Positions 1 through 11,623 of a DNA stretch of 63,424 bases are shown here, in pieces. Positions within the stretch are counted from its first letter, which is position 1; every line of letters starts with the position of its first letter. Made by a program: the position numbers and the translations under genes. The notes under the pieces are model-generated. The model was given only the letters and a program-made list of their open reading frames with translations, made no database searches and was not told where the DNA came from. The DNA is from a bacterium (lineage in GTDB: Bacteria; Bacillota_I; Bacilli_A; Erysipelotrichales; Erysipelotrichaceae), in assembly GCA_963605225.1 (NCBI GenBank), contig CAVCUC010000001.1, positions 1 through 63,424 on the forward strand, read 5' to 3'.

Positions 1-1130
1 TTATCAGCATAACCAAGTTGTTTAATAGCAGCTGCACTATCACCACCACCGATAATAGTTGTGCCATCACATTCAGCTAATGCTTTAGCAACAGCATTTG
101 TACCAGCAGCTAATGTTGGGTTTTCGAATACACCCATTGGTCCATTCCAAACAACTGTCTTTGCATTCTTAACTTCGTTAGCAAATAGTTCAGCTGTCTT
201 AGGTCCAATATCTAAACCTTCTTTATCGCAAGGAATAGCATCGCTAGAAACTACTTCTGTTTCGATTGGTCCATCGATTGGATCAGGGAAAGAACCAGCT
301 ACTACTGTATCGATAGGAAGTAATAACTTCTTACCTAACTTGTCAGCTTTTTCCATCATTTCTTTGCAATAGTCAAGTTTTGTATCATCTACTAGAGATT
401 TACCAACTTCTTTACCTTGTGCTTTTAAGAATGTGTATGCCATACCACCACCAATGATTAGAGTATCGCATTTTTCTAGTAAGTTAGAGATAACTGCTAA
501 TTTATCAGCAACTTTAGCTCCACCTAAGATTCCAACGAAAGGTCTTACTGGATTTTCAACAGCATCACCTAAGAATTTTAATTCTTTTTCAATTAAGAAT
601 CCTACTGCACTTGGAAGGTATGTTGGAATACCTACAGTACTTGCATGAGCTCTGTGAACAGAACCGAATGCATCTGAAACATATAATTCTCCTAATGAAG
701 CCCAATATTTGCCTAATTCTTCATCATTCTTAGATTCACCCTTTTCATAACGAGTGTTTTGCATTAATAGAACTTCACCATCTTTTAATTCACTAACAGC
801 TTTTTCAAGTTCAGCACCTCTTGTAGCATCAACAAATACGACTTTAGTATCTGTTAGATACTCTTGAAGTCTCTTTGCAACAGGTGCCATGTTGTTCTTT
901 TTCTTAGCAGCTGCAATCTCCTCATCAGTCTTTTTGTAGTCAATCTTACCAAGATGAGATAATAAGATAACCTTTGCCTTGTTTTCAACTAAATATTTGA
1001 TAGTTGGTAATGCGGCAACGATACGATTATCATCAGTAATTTCTCCGCTCTTTAAAGGTACATTAAAGTCAACTCTGACGATAACTTTCTTTCCAGTTAC
1101 ATCTAAATCAGTAACTAATTTTTTAGCCAT
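1..1130 (-). CDS. pgk: Phosphoglycerate kinase, 3' end runs off the window
   Basis: Not in the ORF track because it is open-ended. Minus-strand translation from ATG 1130 (RBS AGGAGG upstream) gives [47 protein letters not shown]...SHLGK...[12 protein letters not shown]...GGAKVADK...[10 protein letters not shown]...GGGDSAAA. Confidence 0.97.
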   Translation of the reverse strand, partial: MAKKLVTDLDVTGKKVIVRVDFNVPLKSGEITDDNRIVAALPTIKYLVENKAKVILLSHLGKIDYKKTDEEIAAAKKKNNMAPVAKRLQEYLTDTKVVFVDATRGAELEKAVSELKDGEVLLMQNTRYEKGESKNDEELGKYWASLGELYVSDAFGSVHRAHASTVGIPTYLPSAVGFLIEKELKFLGDAVENPVRPFVGILGGAKVADKLAVISNLLEKCDTLIIGGGMAYTFLKAQGKEVGKSLVDDTKLDYCKEMMEKADKLGKKLLLPIDTVVAGSFPDPIDGPIETEVVSSDAIPCDKEGLDIGPKTAELFANEVKNAKTVVWNGPMGVFENPTLAAGTNAVAKALAECDGTTIIGGGDSAAAIKQLGYAD

Positions 1131-1245
1131 TTGAATTATCCTCCTTATAGCGAATTAATTATAACATGTGAGTAAAAGAACAAACATGAAAATAAGCTAT
1201 TTTATGCATAATCTTTTCATTTTTTCTAAATTGTATATAAAAATA

Positions 1246-1273
1246 TGCTGTTAATTCATCTAAATTAACAGCA
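1246..1273 (-). terminator. Hairpin downstream of the nucleoside hydrolase
   Basis: Inverted repeat TGCTGTTAATT / AATTAACAGCA, followed by a T-rich tract on the minus strand. Confidence 0.6.
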
Positions 1274-1287
1274 CAATTTATTACTTT

Positions 1288-2220
1288 TTAATATGCTTCA
1301 ATACCTTTTTCAATAATATTCCAGAATTTTTCTACATCGATATCGATTGCCACAAAACTATTTGGTTCTTTATGCAAGTAGTTGAAGTAATCGCAATTCG
1401 TCCTACCATAACTCTGCATGCTTCGAATATCAATTTCTGTATACATTTCTTTTAATGTTAATACTGTAGGATCGATTAAATATGCGATTGTGACTGGATC
1501 ATGTAGTGGTCCACCTTCCCAACCATATACTTCTTTTTGTGTTTTGCTAAAGAACGTCATCAAGCTTACAAATAGTTCACTTGCACAATTATTATGTTTG
1601 CTCATTCGCTCAATGATTGATGGATAACACAATACTTTTCTTGTGACATCTAATCCTACCATGACTATTTTTCTACCACTTGTAAAAACAACATGAGCAG
1701 CATCTGCGTCTGTATAAATATTAAATTCTGCAGCAGGCGTTACATTACCATGTTGATAAGCTCCTCCCATTAGTACAACTTCTTGTATTTTAGAAATAAT
1801 ACTAGGGCAAAGTCTCATAGCCATCGCAAGATTTGTCATAGGGCCAGTTGTTACAACAGTAATATCTCCATTTGAATTTAGTAATGTATCAATTATATAT
1901 TGCACTGCATGTTTTGTTTCTTTTTGTTTTGTTAGTTTAGCAAATGTAGGTCCATCTAATCCTGATTCACCATGAATATCACTTGCGACTTCTGGCTTAC
2001 TACGAATCATCGGTACACCACAACCTTCATAAACAGGAACATCCAGGCCTAAATACTGGCATACATTTAAAGCATTTTTTACTGTTTTCTCTATCGTTTG
2101 ATTTCCTGCTACTACAGTTATTCCTAATAAATCAATGTTTTCATTTTTAGCTGCTAGCATAATCGCTATCGCATCATCATGTCCTGGATCACAATCTAAA
2201 ATTATCTTTCGTTTCATCAT
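1288..2220 (-). CDS. Inosine/uridine-preferring nucleoside hydrolase (RihA/RihB-like)
   Basis: IILDCDPGHDD motif, GNVTPAAEFN and LHDP. Likely start is ATG 2220 or 2217 after GGAG. Confidence 0.93.
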   Translation of the reverse strand: MMKRKIILDCDPGHDDAIAIMLAAKNENIDLLGITVVAGNQTIEKTVKNALNVCQYLGLDVPVYEGCGVPMIRSKPEVASDIHGESGLDGPTFAKLTKQKETKHAVQYIIDTLLNSNGDITVVTTGPMTNLAMAMRLCPSIISKIQEVVLMGGAYQHGNVTPAAEFNIYTDADAAHVVFTSGRKIVMVGLDVTRKVLCYPSIIERMSKHNNCASELFVSLMTFFSKTQKEVYGWEGGPLHDPVTIAYLIDPTVLTLKEMYTEIDIRSMQSYGRTNCDYFNYLHKEPNSFVAIDIDVEKFWNIIEKGIEAY

Positions 2221-2932
2221 AATCTCCATATATTTTTTCTAATTGTTCTTCCATTTGTTTACATTGTGATTTACTAACATATAATTTTCTATTACGTTTA
2301 TTAATTAGATTTTCTTCACATAAACTTTGGATAGAACGAGTTGCTGTACGAAGATTAATTCCTGATCTTTTCGCTAGCTCATCTTGTGTTAATTTAACTT
2401 CACATTCGTTTTCTTGACCATACATATGATATATAGAAACTAGTAAATACATGATTCTTTCTTTGGCAGATAAAAACATAAATGTTCTTTCTTTTTTCGC
2501 TTGATCATTTAGTCGATTCATCATGACTCGAATTAATTTGAGCATGAGTGTTGTATCACTCTCAATCCAACTTCTAAATGTTTCGACAGAAAACGTAATA
2601 AACAAAGAATCTGTTAATGTTTCTAAGTCAGTCACATAATGATTTAATCCCATATAAAATTCCATTGCGCCTAAAAATTCTATTGGTTCAAACCAAGTAT
2701 AATCATAGATAATTTCATCAATATGATAATCAACAGCTTTTACTTGTCCCTTCACTAAGATATAAATTGTATTTGCTTCATCATAAGAATGTATAAATGT
2801 TGTTCCTTTTTCTATTAGCACAACACTAGCTTCATCATAAAAAGTATTAGGAGTATTTCTTAATAATTCTTCTAACTTACTTTTTATATTCTTAGGAAGT
2901 TTTTTGTTTAGTCTAGCATAATCCATCATCAT
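2189..2932 (-). CDS. Crp/Fnr-family transcriptional regulator
   Basis: cNMP-binding-like N-terminus (IYILVKGQVK, FLGAME) and C-terminal HTH (LTQDELAKRSGINLRTATRSIQSL). Confidence 0.9.
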   Translation of the reverse strand: MMMDYARLNKKLPKNIKSKLEELLRNTPNTFYDEASVVLIEKGTTFIHSYDEANTIYILVKGQVKAVDYHIDEIIYDYTWFEPIEFLGAMEFYMGLNHYVTDLETLTDSLFITFSVETFRSWIESDTTLMLKLIRVMMNRLNDQAKKERTFMFLSAKERIMYLLVSIYHMYGQENECEVKLTQDELAKRSGINLRTATRSIQSLCEENLINKRNRKLYVSKSQCKQMEEQLEKIYGDYDETKDNFRL

Positions 2933-3006
2933 TAATCTTCTTTTGCCTAATGAAAGCGAATGTACATTGTTTTCACACTCTTATTTTATCGCTATATCTT
3001 TATAAC

Positions 3007-3026
3007 AATAGGGCAAATGCCCTATT
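3007..3026. promoter_or_regulatory. Palindromic operator candidate upstream of the Crp/Fnr gene
   Basis: AATAGGGCA-AA-TGCCCTATT, a perfect dyad with a 2-nt centre. Confidence 0.5.
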
Positions 3027-3103
3027 TTACAAATAATCCATTAAAAAAGACACATATTTCATAAATCACTTACAAAATATATGTCTTTACTACTTTCTTT
3101 ATA

Positions 3104-4552
3104 TTAGTCCCAACTTGTTAATTGATAATATAGTTGTTCATAGATTTCAGCACTCTTATTCCAACTAACATCTGTTTCTAGAGCTTGGTATACAAGAGTA
3201 GCCCAACCTTCTTTATTGTTATAGTATTGATCTAATGCATAATAGATTGTATTCATCATATCTCCAGCATAAGAACCATAGAAGCTAAATCCATTACCTT
3301 CACCTGTATAACGATTATATGGATGAACTGTATCTTTTAAACCACCAGTCTCACGAACAAGAGGTAAAGCACCATAATGCATTGCGATAAGTTGCCCAAT
3401 ACCACATGGTTCATATAATGAAGGCATTAAGAATAAATCGCATCCTGCATATATTCTATGAGCTAATTCTTCATTGTATCCACAATAATAAACTGCTCTA
3501 CCTTTATATTCATTTTCTAACCATTTGAATGCATTTTCAGCGTTACTTTCACCAGTACCTAAAATAACAAATTGAATGCCTTGGTCCATCATTTCTGTCA
3601 TCTTTTCTGTAATGAGATATACACCTTTTTGGTTTGTTAATCTTGATACGATACCAACTAAGCAAACATCATCATTTTGTTCTAAGCCAAGTTCTCTTTG
3701 TAAAGCACGCTTATTTTCTAACTTACCTTGGAATACATTTGATGCGTCAAAGTTATATGCAAGTAAATGATCTGTAGCAGGGTTCCAAGTCACTGTATCA
3801 ATACCATTTACGATACCCCAAAGATCTTCTCTTCTGTAACGTAACATCGCATCCATTCTTTCACCATAAGTTTTCGTTAGAATTTCAGCAGAATAAGTTG
3901 GTGAAACAGTTGTGATTTTATCTGCATAAACAATTGCGGCCTTCATAAAGCTAATGCCATTATCAAAACGTACTGAACCATTTTCAAAATAATAGTCATC
4001 TAGTCCTAAGCAACTCGCTAACATATCTTTACCAAAGTTTCCTTGGAAAGCTAAGTTATGAATTGTATATACATGTTTGATATTTTGATAACGGTAGTCA
4101 TCTGCATATAATGCATGACACATGAGTGGTAACATACCCGTTTGCCAATCATTTTCATGAATGATATTTGGCCACCAATCTACATAATTTATCATTTCTA
4201 ATACAGCTTTTTGGAAGAAGGCAAATCTTTCCCCATCATCGTCATAGCCATATAGTCCATCACGTTCAAAATATCCTTGGTGTTCAATAAAGTAATAAAC
4301 AACACCATCCACATTACATACATAATAAGTTGCTGGTTGTTTAATCCAACCAGATGTAATTTCAATCGTTCCTAAACGTGTTAGTTTATCATAATGTTTT
4401 TCAATAATCTTCTTATATAGTGGTAGTACTACGCGTACATCATGTCCACGATCACATAGTGATTTAGGAAGACTACCGATAACATCTGCTAAGCCACCAG
4501 TCTTAATGAATGGTAAACCTTCGCCAGCAACAAATAGAATTGATCTTCTCAT
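3104..4552 (-). CDS. glgA: Glycogen synthase
   Basis: KTGGLADV, TIHNLAFQG, MPSLYEPCG and VRETGGLKDTV motifs. Confidence 0.97.
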   Translation of the reverse strand: MRRSILFVAGEGLPFIKTGGLADVIGSLPKSLCDRGHDVRVVLPLYKKIIEKHYDKLTRLGTIEITSGWIKQPATYYVCNVDGVVYYFIEHQGYFERDGLYGYDDDGERFAFFQKAVLEMINYVDWWPNIIHENDWQTGMLPLMCHALYADDYRYQNIKHVYTIHNLAFQGNFGKDMLASCLGLDDYYFENGSVRFDNGISFMKAAIVYADKITTVSPTYSAEILTKTYGERMDAMLRYRREDLWGIVNGIDTVTWNPATDHLLAYNFDASNVFQGKLENKRALQRELGLEQNDDVCLVGIVSRLTNQKGVYLITEKMTEMMDQGIQFVILGTGESNAENAFKWLENEYKGRAVYYCGYNEELAHRIYAGCDLFLMPSLYEPCGIGQLIAMHYGALPLVRETGGLKDTVHPYNRYTGEGNGFSFYGSYAGDMMNTIYYALDQYYNNKEGWATLVYQALETDVSWNKSAEIYEQLYYQLTSWD

Positions 4553-4560
4553 ATATACCT

Positions 4561-5673
4561 CTAGATTCTATCTCTACGTTTTACATATACTGGTGCATCT
4601 TCTGTACCAACTAATTTCTTGATATGATGCACAATTGCATATTTATCAACGACAACATAATCAAGCTTAGCATCTTTATCAATTACCGCATCAGTCATAA
4701 TAATTGAGTTTTTAACAACTGCACCTTCTTTAATTGTGACATTACGCCCAATAATGGAGCCCTCTACTGTTCCTTCAATCAAGCATCCATTTGCGATAAC
4801 ACTGTCTTTAACTTCAGCATCACTAGAATATCTTGTTGGACAAGAATCGTTTGTTTGTGTATAGATTGGACGATCTTCTTTAAATAATAATTCAGAATTA
4901 TTTGGATTCTTTAACTCCATACCTGTTTTATAGTATTCCGTTAATGAACCAATACATGATACATATCCTCTAACACCATATCCTTTGATTACAAGTTCTT
5001 CTACTTGATCACGTAGAATATCTTTGAACCAATATAATGATGATACATTCGCTGCTTGTTTAATTAGTTGAATAAACAATGCTTTAGAAAGAATATAAGC
5101 TTCCATTGAAACTTGTCTACTCTTACTCTTACCACGATTCTTTTCAAAAGAAAGAACACGTTTTTCTTTATCCATTGTGATTACATCACAACTTAAGAAT
5201 CTAGTTTTCGCATCATTTGTAGATGTATATAAAACTGTAATATCTGCACCTGATTCAACATGAGCATTAAATGCTTCATTGAAATCAAAGTTATAAATGA
5301 AATAACTTGGTGCAATTAATACATATGGGTTTGTATCTTCTTCTATATATTGCAAATTCAATAAGAAGTTTGCAACATCAGTATTATATATAGGAGATGT
5401 AAATGGTTTCTCACCATATAAAATACGCATCTTTCCACGTTTAGAGTTGATGTTATACATTGTTCCATCACCTAAGTGATCAAATAAGTTACGTGGTTTT
5501 TCTTTACAATATACTTGTACATTATCAATACCACTATTTGTCATATTACTTAGTATTACATCAATAATACGATATCTTCCCATAAAGGAAACTGCAGGTA
5601 CAGGTCTATAATCTCCTAGACCATCAATTTTTACACTATCGTCTTCAAAGTTGACAATTCCTAGTACATTCAT
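4561..5673 (-). CDS. glgD: Glucose-1-phosphate adenylyltransferase subunit GlgD
   Basis: GlgC-like fold lacking the GGxG motif, GRYRIIDxxLSN, C-terminal hexapeptide repeats; located between glgC and glgA. Confidence 0.92.
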   Translation of the reverse strand: MNVLGIVNFEDDSVKIDGLGDYRPVPAVSFMGRYRIIDVILSNMTNSGIDNVQVYCKEKPRNLFDHLGDGTMYNINSKRGKMRILYGEKPFTSPIYNTDVANFLLNLQYIEEDTNPYVLIAPSYFIYNFDFNEAFNAHVESGADITVLYTSTNDAKTRFLSCDVITMDKEKRVLSFEKNRGKSKSRQVSMEAYILSKALFIQLIKQAANVSSLYWFKDILRDQVEELVIKGYGVRGYVSCIGSLTEYYKTGMELKNPNNSELLFKEDRPIYTQTNDSCPTRYSSDAEVKDSVIANGCLIEGTVEGSIIGRNVTIKEGAVVKNSIIMTDAVIDKDAKLDYVVVDKYAIVHHIKKLVGTEDAPVYVKRRDRI

Positions 5674-5684
5674 AACATTCTCCC

Positions 5685-6812
5685 CTATTTCATATTCTTA
5701 GCAACAAGTTCAATATGTTCACTGTTCTTATCACCAACTGTTACACCAGCACCAATTTCAACATTATCAGCGACGATACAACGTGTTACAGTTGCGCCTT
5801 CACCAATCTTAGCACCTGGCATAATGACACTGTCGCTAACTTTAGCTCCTTTGCCAATCTTACAATTTGATCCAAGAATAGAATGATTTACATCACCTAA
5901 TACTTTAACACCTTGTGTGATATAGCAATTTTCTACATTAGCTTCACTACCAATATATTGAGGAACAGCATTCTTGTTTTCTGTATAAATCTTCCAACTT
6001 TGATCAGATAAATCTAATTCATCTTCTTCTAGAAGGTCCATATTTGCTTCCCATAAGGAATCAATTGTTCCAACATCTTTCCAATAACCTTTAAAACGAT
6101 AAGCAAATAATCTCTTATCATCATTTAGATATGATGGAATGATATCTTTACCAAAGTCATGATTACTGTCAGCTTTCTTTAAATCTGCCACTAAGTATTT
6201 TCTTAATGTCTTGTAGTTAAAGATATAAATACCCATGCTCGCTAGATTACTCTTAGGTTTAGCTGGTTTCTCTTCAAATGCAACAATCTTATCTTCTTCA
6301 TTTGTATTCATGATACCAAAACGACTAGCTTCACGTAGTGGCACTTCTAATACAGCAATTGTAGCATCTGCGTTATTTGCTTTGTGATAATCAAGCATCT
6401 TAGCATAATCCATCTTATAAATATGGTCACCAGATAAAATCAAAATATATTCTGGATCTAGGCTATCCAAGAAATCAATATTTTGTGTAATAGCATCTGC
6501 TGTACCTTTATAAACATCTAAGCCGCTTTGATCTTTTTCGCGTGGTGTCAAAACATAAACGCCACCATCTGTTACATCTAATCCCCAATTGGATTCTTTC
6601 GCAACATATGAGTTTAACAATATAGATTCATATTGTGTTAAAACGCCAACTGTAGATACACCTGAGTTGGCGCAATTACTTAGAGGGAAATCGATTATAC
6701 GGTATTTACCGCCAAAGTGAACTGCTGGTTTCGCTACCTTTTTCGTTAAATCGAAAAGTCGGGTGCCCCTCCCACCCGCAAGAATCATAGCGACCATACT
6801 ATTTGATCTCAT
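5685..6812 (-). CDS. glgC: Glucose-1-phosphate adenylyltransferase
   Basis: [50 protein letters not shown]. Confidence 0.97.
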   Translation of the reverse strand: MRSNSMVAMILAGGRGTRLFDLTKKVAKPAVHFGGKYRIIDFPLSNCANSGVSTVGVLTQYESILLNSYVAKESNWGLDVTDGGVYVLTPREKDQSGLDVYKGTADAITQNIDFLDSLDPEYILILSGDHIYKMDYAKMLDYHKANNADATIAVLEVPLREASRFGIMNTNEEDKIVAFEEKPAKPKSNLASMGIYIFNYKTLRKYLVADLKKADSNHDFGKDIIPSYLNDDKRLFAYRFKGYWKDVGTIDSLWEANMDLLEEDELDLSDQSWKIYTENKNAVPQYIGSEANVENCYITQGVKVLGDVNHSILGSNCKIGKGAKVSDSVIMPGAKIGEGATVTRCIVADNVEIGAGVTVGDKNSEHIELVAKNMK

Positions 6813-6844
6813 GATATTATCCTCCTGATTTGATTAATGCGATC

Positions 6845-6858
6845 TGAATACGCTTTCA
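6845..6858. promoter_or_regulatory. cre-like (CcpA) site upstream of glgC
   Basis: TGAATACGCTTTCA (reverse TGAAAGCGTATTCA), close to the TGWNANCGNTNWCA consensus. Confidence 0.6.
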
Positions 6859-6883
6859 TTATAGCCCTATTTACTATAAATTT

Positions 6884-7561
6884 CTATATGTTCTGAATTT
6901 GCCAATCAATAATTTTTTCACCATGCATGCATAGGAAGTCATTCGCCTTTCTAAAATGATTACAACCAAAAAAACCGTTGTACGCACTTAATGGTGAAGG
7001 ATGCGCTGCTTCTAGAACTAAATGTCTTGAAGAATCGATTAATTTCGCTTTATTTCTCGCATTTCTTCCCCATAGTAAAAATACAACAGGTTCTTGTCTT
7101 TCATTTATATATCGTATTGTATTGTCAGTGAAAGTTTCCCACCCTTTATTTGCGTGAGATAAAGGATGAGAATCTTCTACTGTTAAAATTGTGTTGAGTA
7201 AAAATACACCTTGTTTAGCCCATGGCATTAAATATCCATTATTAGGAATATAGCATCCATATTCTGTATTTAATTCTTTATACATATTTAATAGACTTGG
7301 TGGAATCTTTACATTTGGATTTACGGAAAAACACATACCATGCGCTTGTCCCTTTTGATGATATGGATCTTGTCCAAGAATGACTACTTTGATATCGTTG
7401 TAATCTGTATTTTCAAACGCACTAAAAACAAGTTGTTTTGGTGGATATACCTTCTTTGTTTCGTATGCGTCATGAACAAATTGAGATAGTTCTTTAAAAT
7501 ATGGTTGCTCAAACTCATGATGTAAAAAACTAGTCCAATGATTGTGTACCAAATTAGTCAC
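6884..7561 (-). CDS. ung: Uracil-DNA glycosylase, family 1
   Basis: VILGQDPYH, PPSL, LLNTILTV and HPSPLS motifs. Confidence 0.97.
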   Translation of the reverse strand: MTNLVHNHWTSFLHHEFEQPYFKELSQFVHDAYETKKVYPPKQLVFSAFENTDYNDIKVVILGQDPYHQKGQAHGMCFSVNPNVKIPPSLLNMYKELNTEYGCYIPNNGYLMPWAKQGVFLLNTILTVEDSHPLSHANKGWETFTDNTIRYINERQEPVVFLLWGRNARNKAKLIDSSRHLVLEAAHPSPLSAYNGFFGCNHFRKANDFLCMHGEKIIDWQIQNI

Positions 7562-9497
7562 CTTCTTTTTTCTTTAAATATACTAATACTCCTATAACTC
7601 CAACTAATACAACAACTCCTCCACCGATTGCTAGTGGTAACCAACTAAGTTTGTTATCTTCAGGGATTGTTGGGTCAATATAATTAGGATCAGCTGTAGA
7701 GTCTTGTCTATCAATTAATGTATCGATATAGTCAGCCATCATTTCATATGTTTCAGGAACTTCAAAACCTTTTAGCTTAATAAAATCATCCACATCTTTT
7801 TCTACTGTTTCAAATGGTCTAGGACCATATGTTAATAAAACAGAATCTAATGTAGTTTCATTGAATTTTTCACCTAATGCTGTATATGTCTTTGCTCTTA
7901 AGGATTGCATCTTCATCATACCAATTCCATATGGAAGAATCATACCTGGCTTTTCAATTACATAGTCATATAGACTTTGCGCAATTGATTCACCACTTAA
8001 TCCCATTTTATCCATGTTATCGGATAAAGTTTGTACATCCCAACCTAATCCATTAACACCTAAGTCAGCATATGCATTAATTACATAACCTAATGCTGTA
8101 TCAAAGAAAGCATATTGTCCAATTTCATAAGAAACAGTGGCATTTAAGAATTCATCACATTCAGCATACATTGCCCATCCTTCACTATATCCTGTCATTG
8201 AAACGACAGAACGAATTGGATGAGGGTTAGTCGCATAGTACCAAGTTGTTTGATATAAATGTCCTGGGAAACCTTCATGAGCGAGAGTTCCATATAATTG
8301 TTCAGCATCTTCACCAACAAGTTCACCATTAATTCTTACAACATTGTCTTTGTAATCATCAATTGTAGGTACTAAGTAATAGGCAAGAACTGAATCATTC
8401 GCAACACTTTCATCTAAATATGAACAAACATAAGATACATCTGGTCCTGTAGGATATTCAGACATATGTTCTTTTAGATATTCTAATGTTTCTTCTGCAG
8501 AGCCAATAGAGAAATCAGCTATTGTATAATTTAGATCAATGTCAGCGTCTATACTGTATAGAAAAATATATAAATTTAATAGTGAATATACATACTCTTC
8601 ACATTCACTCACTAATTCTTCAACACTTTCGTTTGTACTTGTTTTACTGTTTACTAATGCTTGATAATATTCTTTACCATTAGGATAATTCGCTAATGAT
8701 CCTTCATACTTAGCACTACCTCTTAATTTTTCAAGTTCTACAGAAGCATTTTCATAAGCAGGAATAACACTATTTAATACAATTTCTTTGTTTTCGCTCT
8801 TGTACTTTTCTTTTTCTTCACTTGTTAAATCACTAAACGCATCAACTTTTTCATCAAAGACACAAATTAGTGCACTATCTTCTTTTTTATTTGCAAAGTC
8901 ACTAATCCATTCTTCAGCAGCGTCTAGTAATGAATCACTTAAGAAGTAACCATTTTGAGCTTGATATTGTGTAAATTCAATTGCTTCATCAAAGTAGTCA
9001 CTCACTGTACCTAATACTTCTAAGTAATCGGCAAAATCTTCTTTTGTATAAAATGTATATTCAGTTAGATTTGTAATGACATTATCTAATATTCCAGAAT
9101 ATGGATTAAATAAAGAATCAAATAGTGGATAACTATTTAAAGCAATACTATCTTCTAGTGCTTTCTTATATGTATCGTAATCATGTTGTTGATTTACAGA
9201 TAATGTATTGTAGTCAAAAGACTTCAATTTATTTAAAGCTTCTGTATTTGTTTTTACTGCATCTTCATAACTAGCAAGTGTTGCTGTACCGATTGTTCTT
9301 TCTGGTTTTTCAATACCATAAGAAGCATAATCCTTTACAGAATAATGCATCGTCATATAGTCAGACTCTAATGTATCTACAAATTCTTGATCCATGAATT
9401 TTGTAAATTCTTTATTTTCAGGATCACTATCTGCTTGAACAGGAACATATGTAAATAAAGTACATACGCTTAATAATGTTATAAATAGCTTTTTCAT
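7554..9497 (-). CDS. DUF885-family secreted zincin-like protein with C-terminal membrane anchor
   Basis: Signal peptide, AHEGFPGHLYQ and EGWAMYAE motifs, C-terminal hydrophobic helix followed by KKK. Confidence 0.8.
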   Translation of the reverse strand: MKKLFITLLSVCTLFTYVPVQADSDPENKEFTKFMDQEFVDTLESDYMTMHYSVKDYASYGIEKPERTIGTATLASYEDAVKTNTEALNKLKSFDYNTLSVNQQHDYDTYKKALEDSIALNSYPLFDSLFNPYSGILDNVITNLTEYTFYTKEDFADYLEVLGTVSDYFDEAIEFTQYQAQNGYFLSDSLLDAAEEWISDFANKKEDSALICVFDEKVDAFSDLTSEEKEKYKSENKEIVLNSVIPAYENASVELEKLRGSAKYEGSLANYPNGKEYYQALVNSKTSTNESVEELVSECEEYVYSLLNLYIFLYSIDADIDLNYTIADFSIGSAEETLEYLKEHMSEYPTGPDVSYVCSYLDESVANDSVLAYYLVPTIDDYKDNVVRINGELVGEDAEQLYGTLAHEGFPGHLYQTTWYYATNPHPIRSVVSMTGYSEGWAMYAECDEFLNATVSYEIGQYAFFDTALGYVINAYADLGVNGLGWDVQTLSDNMDKMGLSGESIAQSLYDYVIEKPGMILPYGIGMMKMQSLRAKTYTALGEKFNETTLDSVLLTYGPRPFETVEKDVDDFIKLKGFEVPETYEMMADYIDTLIDRQDSTADPNYIDPTIPEDNKLSWLPLAIGGGVVVLVGVIGVLVYLKKKEGD

Positions 9498-11623
9498 ATA
9501 ACGTCCACCTTTTTCAATACTATGATACTACATAATGGTACATGAACACTTGTATAAGTTCCTTCAAGAGAATTTCCATTACTATCAAATATAATGTTCC
9601 ATTCTCCATTTAATTCATATTGATGATGATCTAAAGAAGGATTCACAATAATTTTTAGTGTTTCATCTACTCCTGTAATCTCATAGAATACAATTCCTTC
9701 ATCATGAATTTCAAAATGAACTCTTTTCTCAATTTCTTCTTTTGTTCTAAGTCTTAAACTAGAATGATTTTTTCTTAAAGAAATACATTTCTTTGTGTAA
9801 TCTAAGACATCACTATATTTATCTAATCGTTCATAATGCATACCATTTGCATCATCACCTGCATTATAAGAATCACGGATATTGTTTTTCGTTCCACAGA
9901 ATTCAATACCAGCATGTAAGAATGGTATGCCTTGAGCAATAAAACAGCTAGCAATCATCATACATTGTCTTTTGATTCTTAAGCCACCATCTTCTTCCGA
10001 ACAACATGCATGCATCTTATCCCAACAAGTTAAATTGTCATGTGTTTCTATTGCATTCACTGATTTACTTGGGTTATCAAAACGTAAGAAATAAGGATCA
10101 CTTAATGTATTTCCACTAAATGTACTACAAGCCGCAAATGCTTTACTTAAATCACCTGTAATATATCCTCTATTTTGTTCCGCATATTCCCCATTACATC
10201 CTCTTAGTTCATCACGGAATGTATCATTAAAATGCGCAATGTTTTTCATTTTAAATTGGTTATAGATACGTGCCTTTTCTTCTGGTTCTAATGCTGTAGG
10301 TAAATCCCATCCTTCACCATATAACATGATATCTTTCTTGATTTTTCTTAAAGAAGTATCAATTTCATTCATCGTATCTACATCTAAAATACCCATTAAA
10401 TCAAAACGATATCCATCCACACCATATAGTTGAATAAGAGTCTTTAGAGCATAAACAAATAAATGCTTTGTCATTGGTTGTCTAGATTCAAAATCATTTC
10501 CACAATATGAACCATTACTTAATAATCCTCTTTGTCCATATCTGAAATAATAATATGGCACCACATTTTCTAAAGGATTATTCGTTGTATCGTACATATG
10601 GTTATAGACAATATCTAGATTTACTCTAATGCCTCTATCATGATACGTTTTCACTAAATTTTTAAACTCAATCATTCTAGAGTAAGGGTCATTAGGATTA
10701 GTTGCGTATGAACCTTCTAGACTAATACATTGTGCAGCGTCATAGCCCCAATTGTAGTTTGTTTTAGGATGTGACTCGTCTACTGTTGCATAATCTAAAA
10801 CAGGTTGAAGTTGAATATGTGTTACACCTAAGTCGCAAATATAATCGATACCTGTAGGATAATTTTTATATTTTGTACCCTTTTCATATGCTCCTAGATA
10901 CTTACTTTTATGTTCAATACCACAAGATTTACTACTAGAAATATCTCGGATATTACATTCATAAATAATCGCATCACAATAATTCTCAAAACTAGGTAGT
11001 TTTGCATCATCACAAATAGAAGTAATTTTAGTTGTATCAATTACTGCACTATGCATTCCATTTGCGTTACTACTTAAACCATAAGGATCTAGAGTTTCAA
11101 CCACTTTTCCATTACGTTCAACTAAATATGTATACTCTACACCATTTAAATCTTCATAAACACGTAAGCGATAAACACCTTTATCACTTTTTGTCATCAC
11201 AAATGATTCAGTTTTATTTTTATATAATTTTAAAATGACACTACTTGCTGTAGGAGCCCACACTGCAAAATCAGTATATTCCTCGTGGTAAAAACTACCT
11301 AAGTCTTCTTTATCATAGGCAAATAAATCATTAAATTCTTTTTTATGTGTAATAAAACGATATGCTAAAGGAACTGTTTGACCATGGAATTCTCTTAAGA
11401 AATATTTTTGTCCAACAATAAACTTAGCATCACTCAAAAGAGTATAAACAATTAATTGTTCATACTCTATTCTATCTTTAACAGTACATGAAATTAAATC
11501 TTGATTTTCGTTTAAGATATAAAATCCAAAAGATTCTCCCCCAAAAAAGCTTCTAGGGATAGAGACTGTAACTAAATCAAAATCATCTATATATGCTTTA
11601 ATAGAAGGCATAATTATCCTCAC
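9494..11623 (-). CDS. pulA: Type I pullulanase (GH13 debranching enzyme)
   Basis: FAVWAPTA, YNWGYD, DIVYNH, DGYRFDLMG, YGEGW, HDNLT. Confidence 0.9.
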   Translation of the reverse strand: MRIIMPSIKAYIDDFDLVTVSIPRSFFGGESFGFYILNENQDLISCTVKDRIEYEQLIVYTLLSDAKFIVGQKYFLREFHGQTVPLAYRFITHKKEFNDLFAYDKEDLGSFYHEEYTDFAVWAPTASSVILKLYKNKTESFVMTKSDKGVYRLRVYEDLNGVEYTYLVERNGKVVETLDPYGLSSNANGMHSAVIDTTKITSICDDAKLPSFENYCDAIIYECNIRDISSSKSCGIEHKSKYLGAYEKGTKYKNYPTGIDYICDLGVTHIQLQPVLDYATVDESHPKTNYNWGYDAAQCISLEGSYATNPNDPYSRMIEFKNLVKTYHDRGIRVNLDIVYNHMYDTTNNPLENVVPYYYFRYGQRGLLSNGSYCGNDFESRQPMTKHLFVYALKTLIQLYGVDGYRFDLMGILDVDTMNEIDTSLRKIKKDIMLYGEGWDLPTALEPEEKARIYNQFKMKNIAHFNDTFRDELRGCNGEYAEQNRGYITGDLSKAFAACSTFSGNTLSDPYFLRFDNPSKSVNAIETHDNLTCWDKMHACCSEEDGGLRIKRQCMMIASCFIAQGIPFLHAGIEFCGTKNNIRDSYNAGDDANGMHYERLDKYSDVLDYTKKCISLRKNHSSLRLRTKEEIEKRVHFEIHDEGIVFYEITGVDETLKIIVNPSLDHHQYELNGEWNIIFDSNGNSLEGTYTSVHVPLCSIIVLKKVDVI

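Noticed and set aside
61..648. Plus-strand ORFs 61..372 and 433..648
   Set aside because: Antisense shadows of pgk, which the track missed because it runs off the window.
6884..7561. ung as a functional partner of the island deaminase
   Set aside because: It is 21 kb away, embedded in the glycogen cluster, and an ordinary housekeeping family 1 enzyme.
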